Source of the DNA: Candidatus Nomurabacteria bacterium RIFCSPHIGHO2_12_FULL_42_19
GTDB taxonomy: Bacteria; Patescibacteriota; Minisyncoccia; Phycocordibacterales; UBA9973
Length of the DNA stretch: 64,000 bases
NCBI GenBank assembly: GCA_001786955.1
Contig: MFUM01000009.1
Location: 552-64,551, forward strand
Direction: 5' to 3'
Shown: one piece after another, positions 56,810-64,000 of the stretch
Numbering within the stretch: the stretch's first letter is position 1
Layout: every line of letters begins with the position of its first letter
Translations under genes and position numbers: made by a program
The notes under the pieces: model-generated
Databases searched by the model: none
The model's input: the letters and a program-made list of their open reading frames with translations, nothing else
What the model was told of the DNA's origin: nothing

Positions 56810-59137
56810 TTATAATTTCTTACTTTTAATACGCAAAGAATTCCCGACCACCGATACACTGGACATTGCCATGGCAAATCCTGCAAAGACCGGTGAAAGA
56901 AGCCAGCCGAATATTGGATAAAATAATCCGGCTGCCAAAGGGATACCTACTATATTATATATGAAAGCCCAGAAAAGATTTTGCTTGATTCCCCGCATTG
57001 TTATTTTTGAAAGTTTTATCGCTTTTACAAGTTTTGAAATATCTCCGCCGAGAAGCGTAATGCCGGCTGACTCAATGGCCACATCGGTTCCCGTGCCCAT
57101 GGCAATACCCACGTCGGCCTGCGCCAGAGCCGGAGCATCATTCACGCCATCGCCAGCCATAGCGACAATATGTCCTTTTTCTTGTAATTCTTTAATCTTC
57201 AGCAGCTTGTCCGCCGGCAGGACATGAGCGACAATATCGTCAATGCCGACCAGCGACGCCATATATTTTGCCGCTTTTTTGTCGTCTCCGGTAAGCATAA
57301 TTATTTTGATACCGAGCTTATGAAGGTCGAGAACAGCTTGTTTTGATTCAGTTTTTATTTCATCTGCCACCATTACAAAACCGAGAACTTTTTCTTTAGT
57401 TGCAAGAATAATCGGGGTTTTACCCTGCGCCGTATATTGTTCCAATTTTAAATTATCAAAAGGAAGCTTTAAGTCTTCTATAAGTTTTGCATTTCCGGCA
57501 AAATATTCTTTCCCATCTATTGTTCCTTTTATGCCTTTTCCTTGTATACTCTCAAAATTAAAAACATTTTTTAGTGGAATATTTTTTCTTGCCCCGGAGG
57601 AAGTACCCTTTCCTTCGGGGTCTTGCGCATAATTGACAATCGCATGGGCAATCGGATGTTCTGATTTTTTCTCAAGCGACGCAAGGATTGATATGATTTC
57701 TTCGTTTTTAGTGTTGATAGAAAGACTAACAAGGTCAACGAGAGTCGGCTTGCCGATAGTAATCGTCCCGGTTTTATCAACAATAACTGTATCGACTTTA
57801 TGAAGCTTCTCAAGCGTCGCCGCGTCTTTAATTAAAATACCTTCTCTGGCGCCTTTGCCGACCCCCACAATGATTGCCGTGGGTGTCGCTAAGCCCAATG
57901 CGCAGGGACAAGCAATAACGAGCACTCCCACAAAAGAGACAAGACCGTATGATAATGCCTGCGAAAATCCGAGCGGGCCGGTTCCAAAAAGAAGCCAGGC
58001 GCCAAGAGCAATGAACGAGACAATAAGCACGATTGGCACAAAGATGCTTGATATTTTATCGGCCAGGGCCTGAATCGGCGCTTTGCTACCCTGGGCCTCC
58101 TCCACCATTTTTATTATATGCGCGAGCAGTGTTTCTGAGCCGACTTTTGTTGCCTTGAATGTGAACGACCCGGTTGTGTTTATGGTAGCGGCAACCACAT
58201 TATCTCCGACTTTTTTTTGAGCCGGCATCGGTTCTCCGGTAACCATTGATTCGTCAATAAACGAGCCTCCTTCGGTAATTACTCCATCAACAGGAATTTT
58301 TGCTCCCGGTTTTACGATAATCAAATCACCGTGTTTTACCTCATTTACGGGTATTTCCATTTCTTTTCCGTTTTGAATGACTAAGGCGGTTTTCGCCTGG
58401 AGATTCAAAAGTTTTTCTATGGCATCACCGGTTTTTAATTTTGATTTGGCTTCCAAATATTTACCAAGCGCAATAAAGGTAATAACGATAATCGTTACAT
58501 CATAATAAGTTGCATCAACATTTATGAATTGTCTGAGCGGTTCTTCAAATGCGGCAACTGCAAAACTGTACAGATATGCGGTCAATGTGCCGATACCGAT
58601 AAGTGTATCCATATTCGCTTTGCCGTAACGGAGAAAACGGTAAAAACCGAGAAGATACGGTTTGCCCACGACAAAAAGAATATATGTGGCCATTAAAGGC
58701 AGAAGATGGTGGAAAAATTCCTTAATCACATAGCTCATTGCGGGAACCATATTGTATTGCGCCAAAATGTCCCAGCCTAAAATTAAGGCGCTGATTATCG
58801 CAAGCGGGATTGCAGAGATGACTTTTATTTTCATATCTTTGATTTCCGCCAGCTTTTCAGCTTTGGATTGATTAAATCCGAGATGCGCTGCATGTTCGTC
58901 AGCGGACATATTCATAGATTCTGCGGTTGGAATTATTAAAGAGTAGCCAAGCGGTTCTATTTTTTTAGAAAGGGCTTCCGGGTTGGTTTTTGATTCGTTA
59001 AAAGATATTTTCGCCATTTCTGTCCCATAATTTACCTCAACAGAATCAACGCCGTCAATTTTCTTTATATCTTTTTCAATGATAGCGGCACATGAGGCGC
59101 AGTGCATTCCTTTAATTTTATATGTTTCTTTTTTCAT
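56810..59137 (-). CDS. copA: copper-translocating P1B-type ATPase
   Basis: [46 protein letters not shown]. Confidence 0.95.
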   Translation of the reverse strand: MKKETYKIKGMHCASCAAIIEKDIKKIDGVDSVEVNYGTEMAKISFNESKTNPEALSKKIEPLGYSLIIPTAESMNMSADEHAAHLGFNQSKAEKLAEIKDMKIKVISAIPLAIISALILGWDILAQYNMVPAMSYVIKEFFHHLLPLMATYILFVVGKPYLLGFYRFLRYGKANMDTLIGIGTLTAYLYSFAVAAFEEPLRQFINVDATYYDVTIIVITFIALGKYLEAKSKLKTGDAIEKLLNLQAKTALVIQNGKEMEIPVNEVKHGDLIIVKPGAKIPVDGVITEGGSFIDESMVTGEPMPAQKKVGDNVVAATINTTGSFTFKATKVGSETLLAHIIKMVEEAQGSKAPIQALADKISSIFVPIVLIVSFIALGAWLLFGTGPLGFSQALSYGLVSFVGVLVIACPCALGLATPTAIIVGVGKGAREGILIKDAATLEKLHKVDTVIVDKTGTITIGKPTLVDLVSLSINTKNEEIISILASLEKKSEHPIAHAIVNYAQDPEGKGTSSGARKNIPLKNVFNFESIQGKGIKGTIDGKEYFAGNAKLIEDLKLPFDNLKLEQYTAQGKTPIILATKEKVLGFVMVADEIKTESKQAVLDLHKLGIKIIMLTGDDKKAAKYMASLVGIDDIVAHVLPADKLLKIKELQEKGHIVAMAGDGVNDAPALAQADVGIAMGTGTDVAIESAGITLLGGDISKLVKAIKLSKITMRGIKQNLFWAFIYNIVGIPLAAGLFYPIFGWLLSPVFAGFAMAMSSVSVVGNSLRIKSKKL
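57588..57620 (+). repeat. CYTG-hairpin element, in frame (antisense) in copA ([12 protein letters not shown])
   Basis: cttg-ccccggaggaag-taccc-tttccttcgggg, 33 bp; removal restores YAQEKNI. Confidence 0.8.
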
Positions 59138-59144
59138 AATTTTT

Positions 59145-59219
59145 ACCCCCTCCTCGCCTCCCCCAAAGGGAGAGGTCTTGAATTCTTTCCCTCTCCTTTG
59201 AGGAGGGTCAGGGAGGGGT
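59145..59219. repeat. CCCCTCC-type inverted doublet between csoR and copA
   Basis: accccctcctcgcctcccccaaagggagagg...ccctctcctttgaggagggtcagggaggggt. Confidence 0.85.
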
Positions 59220-59483
59220 TTATTTTCTCTTTAGCTTGTAAACTTTCAATATTTCTTTTGTTGCTTCTCCGGTCCGGCCTTTTTGGATTTGATTGACCAG
59301 GCAAGTCCCCAAATGGCTTGCCATAAGTTCATCTTCAATATTAGAAAGCCCCTGCTTCACAGCTGAAGTCTGGGTAATAATATCAATGCAATATACTCCT
59401 TCATTTATCATTTTCTGCAGGCCGCGAACCTGACCTTCAATAATCTTAAGCCGGCGGACCAGTTTTGATTTATTATCATGCAT
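59220..59483 (-). CDS. csoR: CsoR/RcnR-family metal-sensing repressor
   Basis: [29 protein letters not shown]. Confidence 0.92.
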   Translation of the reverse strand: MHDNKSKLVRRLKIIEGQVRGLQKMINEGVYCIDIITQTSAVKQGLSNIEDELMASHLGTCLVNQIQKGRTGEATKEILKVYKLKRK

Positions 59484-59489
59484 ATTCAG

Positions 59490-59518
59490 AGTATATACCC
59501 CCTGGGGGTATATGTCAA
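59490..59518 (-). promoter_or_regulatory. sigma70 promoter with CsoR operator
   Basis: TTGACA (59513-59518) 17 bp TATACT (59490-59495); palindrome atataccccc-t-gggggtatat 59493-59513. Confidence 0.9.
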
Positions 59519-59529
59519 GACAGATGCTT

Positions 59530-59645
59530 GTTGAAAACTAAAAAAAGGTTTTTAAGGGGTTTTGAGCGCGGCGGCGCGAAAACTTCAGGATTTTTTAAAC
59601 TTCAAAAAATCCGTACCGGCAAAAATCTTGTTTTTAGTTTTCAAC
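59530..59645. repeat. dispersed structured repeat, copy 2
   Basis: arms gttgaaaactaaaaa / tttttagttttcaac around the core shared with 7787-7851. Confidence 0.8.
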
Positions 59646-59648
59646 TTA

Positions 59649-60875
59649 TTAGATTACCCCCATTTCTCTGCCCACCTCGGACAAAATTTTAAGCGCCTGG
59701 TCAATCTGTTCGCGGGTATGCGCAGCGGAAATTTGGAAACGCAATCGCGCGGTGCCTTCCGGCACGACCGGAAACCACAACCCCACTACAAAAAGTCCAT
59801 TCGCCAAAAGTTTTTTGCTCATTTCCTGCGTCTTGGCGGCATCCCCCAGCATTACCGGCACGATTGGATGAATGCCGTCCAATACTTCAAAACCCAATTT
59901 TTTCGCCCCATTTCTGAAATATTCCGAGTTTTCTTTTACCTTAATTAAAAGCTCCGGCTTTTCTTTTAATAAATCCAAAGCCCTGATGGAAGCCATAACC
60001 ACCGATGGCGGCACGGAATTCGAAAAAAGATAAGTGCGGGATTTCTGGCGGAGCAATTCTATGATTTCTTTTTTGCCGGCAATGTATCCGCCGACCGCCC
60101 CGCCCAGCGCCTTGCCAAAAGTTCCGGAAAGAACGTCAATCTTCCCGTGCAGGCCGAAATGCTCCGGCGTGCCGGCGCCGCTCTTGCCCAAAACTCCGAT
60201 GGCGTGCGCATCATCCACGAATAAAAGCGCTTCGTATTTTTCCGCCAGTTCTTTCAGTTTCGGCAATTGTGCCAGATATCCTTCCATGGAAAAAACTCCG
60301 TCCGACACGATAATTTTAAAACGATATCCTTTGCCTTGGTCTTCCACAAGCATTTTCTCTAGGGCGACCAAGTCTCCGTGCGAATAAATTCTTTTAACCA
60401 TATTTTCCTTTTTACAAAGTTTAAAAGCGTCAATGATGCTGGCATGGTTAAGTTCGTCGCTGTAAATAGCATCCATATGCTCCCCTTCTGCCCCAAAAGC
60501 TTCATTGGTAAGAGTCGCGAAAAAACCCAGATTCGCCATAAAATTGGTGGAATATAAGATGCTGTCATTCACTTCCAGAAATTCGGCTAATTTTTTTTCC
60601 AAAGTTTTATGGATAGTTTCCGTGCCGGAAATAAAGCGCACCGATGACAAGCCGAAGCCATATTTATCTATCGCGTCTTTGCCGGCTTTTGTAATTTCCG
60701 GATGATTCGCCAATCCCAGATAATTATTTGCGGCGAACATCAAGACCTTCTTGCCGGCAATTTCCACTTCCGCTCCCTGAGTTCCCTCCAGTTCTCTTTC
60801 CATCTTGAATTTCCCGGCTTTTTTCAACGTCTCCAGTTCTTTTTCTATATCTTCCGCAAGTTTCTTAGAATACAT
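59649..60875 (-). CDS. kbl: glycine C-acetyltransferase (2-amino-3-ketobutyrate CoA ligase)
   Basis: ANNYLGLA, SSVRFISGT, SDELNHASIID, DGVFSMEG, GTFGKALGG, LRQKSRTYLFSN. Confidence 0.92.
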   Translation of the reverse strand: MYSKKLAEDIEKELETLKKAGKFKMERELEGTQGAEVEIAGKKVLMFAANNYLGLANHPEITKAGKDAIDKYGFGLSSVRFISGTETIHKTLEKKLAEFLEVNDSILYSTNFMANLGFFATLTNEAFGAEGEHMDAIYSDELNHASIIDAFKLCKKENMVKRIYSHGDLVALEKMLVEDQGKGYRFKIIVSDGVFSMEGYLAQLPKLKELAEKYEALLFVDDAHAIGVLGKSGAGTPEHFGLHGKIDVLSGTFGKALGGAVGGYIAGKKEIIELLRQKSRTYLFSNSVPPSVVMASIRALDLLKEKPELLIKVKENSEYFRNGAKKLGFEVLDGIHPIVPVMLGDAAKTQEMSKKLLANGLFVVGLWFPVVPEGTARLRFQISAAHTREQIDQALKILSEVGREMGVI

Positions 60876-60888
60876 ATTCTTGATTATA

Positions 60889-61875
60889 TCATTTTAATTT
60901 ATCTTTTAAATTTTTCAGCATTTCCGCAGTCATTTTTTCCAGATTAAATTCGGGCTTCCAGCCCCAGTCTGCGCGGGCCGCGCTGTCATCAATGCTTTTC
61001 GGCCAGGAATCGGCAATCTTTTGGCGGAGATCCGGCATATAGTTTATTTCAAAAGAAGGAATATGTTTTTTGATTTCTTCGGCAATTTCCCGCGGCGAGA
61101 AACTCATGGCGGACAAATTATACGCCATGCGGGATTGCACTTTCTCAACCGGAACCTCCATTATTTCTATCGTGGCGCGGATTGCATCATCCATATACAT
61201 CATCGGGAGATAAGTATTCTCTGAAAGAAAACATGTATATTTTCCCTGTTTCAATGCTTCGTAATATATTTCCACGGCATAGTCGGTAGTGCCCCCTCCC
61301 GGTTCGCTCTTCCAGCTGATAAGCCCCGGATAACGCACGCTACGGACATCAAGACCAAAGCGCCTATTGTAATATTGGCACAATAATTCTCCGGTATATT
61401 TCGTAATTCCATACATAGTAGTCGGTTCAATAATTGTTTTTTGCGGAGTATTTTCTCTGGGAGCTGTCACGCCAAAGACGGCGATAGAACTCGGCCAGAA
61501 TAATTTAATTTTTTCATCCACGCTCAAGTCAAGAATTTGCCGCAGGCTTCCCATATTAAGTTCCCAGGCAAGTTTTGGATTTTTCTCGCCGGTTGCCGAC
61601 AGCAACGCCGCTAGCAAATAGATTGTTGTTATTTTTTTCCCGACGCTTTCGGTCGGGACCCCGACCCCAGAGGGCGTCGGGGCTTTCACTAGAGCACGAA
61701 CAGCCTCCGCATCCATTGCATCTAATATCGCAAAAGGGCCGGTACCTAAGAGTAGCGGATGTTCTTCTTTAATGTCGGTGGCCAAAACATTCTCATTGCC
61801 GTATTTTTTCCGCAACGCCAAAGTTAGCTCTACCCCTATTTGCCCGCATGCTCCGATGACTAAAATCTTTTCCAT
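60889..61875 (-). CDS. tdh: L-threonine 3-dehydrogenase (extended SDR type)
   Basis: IGACGQIG, LAALLSATGE, PSSIAVFG, YGITK, PGGGTTDYAV; adjacent to kbl. Confidence 0.85.
   Translation of the reverse strand: MEKILVIGACGQIGVELTLALRKKYGNENVLATDIKEEHPLLLGTGPFAILDAMDAEAVRALVKAPTPSGVGVPTESVGKKITTIYLLAALLSATGEKNPKLAWELNMGSLRQILDLSVDEKIKLFWPSSIAVFGVTAPRENTPQKTIIEPTTMYGITKYTGELLCQYYNRRFGLDVRSVRYPGLISWKSEPGGGTTDYAVEIYYEALKQGKYTCFLSENTYLPMMYMDDAIRATIEIMEVPVEKVQSRMAYNLSAMSFSPREIAEEIKKHIPSFEINYMPDLRQKIADSWPKSIDDSAARADWGWKPEFNLEKMTAEMLKNLKDKLK
61638..61682. repeat. CCGAC double hairpin in frame in tdh (APTPSGVGVPTESVG)
   Basis: tcccgacgctttcggtcggga-ccccgaccccagagggcgtcgggg, 45 bp. Confidence 0.88.
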
Positions 61876-61891
61876 AATTTTATATTATACA

Positions 61892-62470
61892 TCATTTGGT
61901 CATAACCAAAGAAAACTCATCCGAAGCTTCTTCCAGAACTTGAAAACCGAGAGCTGAAGCAAGTTTAAAGCTGCCAGGATTGCCTCTTTTAACGGCAATC
62001 CAAAGCTTGATTTCGGAACCGGTATTCTTGACGTTTTGCGTATAAATATTCATCACAAAATCGGTAAAATTTTTCATAAGCCCTTTGCCCCGGAAAGGGT
62101 TGTAGGACCGCCATGCGGCGGTGTGCCAATTTGCTTTATTTGAAAGTAGGGGTTCCGGCCCGAACCAGGCTATCGCGGCCAAAATATCGGTCTGCTTGTG
62201 AACAAGAGCAAACGGTGTGCGGTTTTTTTTATACCAATCTTCATATAATCCCTCGCCGAAACGCTTCTTGTCTCCGGTATTTTTTTGCAAATCAACATCT
62301 TTTTTGTCCAGAGAAAGCTGTTTCAGTTGCTCCGCGTATTTTTTATCCAATCCGATGAAAACGCCGAATTCTTCGCCGTCTCTCCCGATAGCGTCGGCAA
62401 TATGAATAGAATTATAAATAGGTAATGGCAGGGAGAAACCAGGTATGTTGTTTTGAGGGGTGATTTTCAT
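61892..62470 (-). CDS. GNAT-like hypothetical protein
   Basis: PFRGKGL and N..S.KL...LGF acetyl-CoA-binding-like motifs. Confidence 0.6.
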   Translation of the reverse strand: MKITPQNNIPGFSLPLPIYNSIHIADAIGRDGEEFGVFIGLDKKYAEQLKQLSLDKKDVDLQKNTGDKKRFGEGLYEDWYKKNRTPFALVHKQTDILAAIAWFGPEPLLSNKANWHTAAWRSYNPFRGKGLMKNFTDFVMNIYTQNVKNTGSEIKLWIAVKRGNPGSFKLASALGFQVLEEASDEFSLVMTK

Positions 62471-62532
62471 TTGATTTGATTTTATGATTTGATTTTACGA
62501 AAGATGCCGCGCAACCGTCCATTTTAGCGTGG

Positions 62533-64000
62533 CTACTCTACTGTTACGCTCTTGGCTAGATTGCGGGGCTTGTCTATCCCGCACCCGCGCAAAGACGCAA
62601 TATGGTAAGCCAATAATTGCAGCGGAATGGAAGCGGTAAACGCCAGCATTATATCGGAAGTTTCCGGGATTTCTATGGAGTAATCGGCGATTTTTTTGGC
62701 ACGAGTATCGCCTTTGGTAATTATAGCGATAATTGTCCCGTTGCGCGCCTTGACTTCCATCATATTGCTGATTATCTTCTCATAAGAAGAGCCCTTGTTG
62801 GCGATAAAAAGAACCGGCATATTGTCATCCACCAGGGCTATCGGGCCATGTTTCATTTCTCCGGAAGCGTAGCCTTCCGCATGAATATAAGAAATTTCTT
62901 TTAATTTTAGCGCCCCTTCCAAAGCCAGTGGAAAACCGTATCCCCGCCCCAGATAAATAAAATTTTCCGTATTCTTGAATTTTTTCGCAACTTTTTTTAT
63001 AGCGGCTTCCGCCAAAAATGCCTGCTCGACTTTCTTGGGAATATTTTCCAATTCCGTCAGGATTGCAATCATCTTTTTCTTGTTCAATAATTTTTTCTCG
63101 GACGCGATAAAGAGGCACATCAGCATCAGCACGGCAATTTGCGCGGTAAAAGCCTTGGTGGAAGCCACTCCGATTTCCGGACCCGCATGAGTATACAAGC
63201 CGGCATGCGCAATACGGGAAATAGATGAGCCGACAACATTACAGATGCCAAAAATCGTCGCGCCTTTTTCTTTGGCCAGTTTTACGGCCGCCAAGGTATC
63301 AGCTGTTTCGCCCGACTGCGAAATGGCAATAACCAGGTCATTTTCATAAATTACCGGATTGCGATAACGGAATTCCGAAGCATATTCCACCACCGTCGGC
63401 ACTTTGGTTAATTCTTCAAAAAAATACTTCGCTTCAAGGCCAGCGTGGAATGATGTCCCGCAGGCGAGAATTATTATGCGTTTGGCGTCAAGCAGTTTTT
63501 CTTTGTCCTTTTCTATGCCACCCAATTTGACCGTCCCTTCGTTCGCATTAATCCTCCCGCGCATGCTGTCCCCAATGGAGCGGGGCTGTTCAAAAATTTC
63601 CTTGAGCATAAAGTGTGGAAAACCGCCTTTTTCCAGCTCCTCAATTTTCATCTTCGTTTTCTGGATGTAAGGATTTCTGGTTTCATTATCTATGGTTTTT
63701 ATTACAAGCGCTCCGCCTTTAATCATTGCCATCTCCCTGTCTTCCAGATAAATAACTTTATCGGTATATTCAATAATCGGAGTCGCGTCCGAAGCGACAA
63801 AAAATTCATTGTCTCCCACGCCGATGACGGCCGGACTTCCTATTTTTGCCACGACGATAGTATCGGGCTCATCTTTGGATAAAACTAAAATCGCGTAAGC
63901 GCCCACCACTTCCAGCAATGCCAGACGCACCGCTTCGTCAATGGAGACTTTAGCGTTTTTTTTTATATCTTCAATCAAATTCGCCAGAACTTCCGTGTCG
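62533..64000 (-). CDS. glmS: glutamine--fructose-6-phosphate aminotransferase (5' part outside window)
   Basis: MLKEIFEQP, ACGTS.HAG, SQSGETADT, VASTKAF, EGALKLKE, KPRNLAKSVTVE. Confidence 0.97.
   Translation of the reverse strand, partial: DTEVLANLIEDIKKNAKVSIDEAVRLALLEVVGAYAILVLSKDEPDTIVVAKIGSPAVIGVGDNEFFVASDATPIIEYTDKVIYLEDREMAMIKGGALVIKTIDNETRNPYIQKTKMKIEELEKGGFPHFMLKEIFEQPRSIGDSMRGRINANEGTVKLGGIEKDKEKLLDAKRIIILACGTSFHAGLEAKYFFEELTKVPTVVEYASEFRYRNPVIYENDLVIAISQSGETADTLAAVKLAKEKGATIFGICNVVGSSISRIAHAGLYTHAGPEIGVASTKAFTAQIAVLMLMCLFIASEKKLLNKKKMIAILTELENIPKKVEQAFLAEAAIKKVAKKFKNTENFIYLGRGYGFPLALEGALKLKEISYIHAEGYASGEMKHGPIALVDDNMPVLFIANKGSSYEKIISNMMEVKARNGTIIAIITKGDTRAKKIADYSIEIPETSDIMLAFTASIPLQLLAYHIASLRGCGIDKPRNLAKSVTVE

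Noticed and set aside
792..63882. Numerous antisense and alternate-frame ORFs in the track (e.g. 859-1473, 6661-7338, 23925-24578, 38737-39396)
   Set aside because: Shadows of well-supported genes without recognisable motifs.

Overview
This window looks like chromosomal DNA of a Patescibacteria/CPR bacterium (Parcubacteria, Nomurabacteria-like; inferred from gene content and compact proteins; standard code 11). It holds cell-division genes (mraZ-rsmH-ftsL-like-ftsI start; ftsA-ftsZ) and translation genes (lysS, valS, leuS, lepA, ychF, tsaD, rpsU, ybeY) plus greA. It also has six tRNAs, ppsA/eno/glycerate kinase/2-hydroxyacid dehydrogenase, a tdh-kbl pair, partial glmS, a CsoR-controlled copper/metal cluster and an ice-binding-protein + class F sortase locus. 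The most striking signal is not a gene: at least five families of short palindromic elements (about 28 copies) pepper the window. About 16 sit in frame inside housekeeping proteins (RsmH x2, enolase x2, LepA x3, LeuRS, PyrD, MurJ, CopA, TDH, glycerate kinase, a methyltransferase, two metal-cluster proteins). Two families also form the ends of small stand-alone GIY-YIG nuclease genes: one is embedded in tRNA-Phe 5' fragments, the other has terminal inverted repeats and a target-site-like duplication. This suggests nuclease-mobilised mini-elements that add peptide loops to proteins. All calls were made by eye without database searches; mobility is inferred, not shown.
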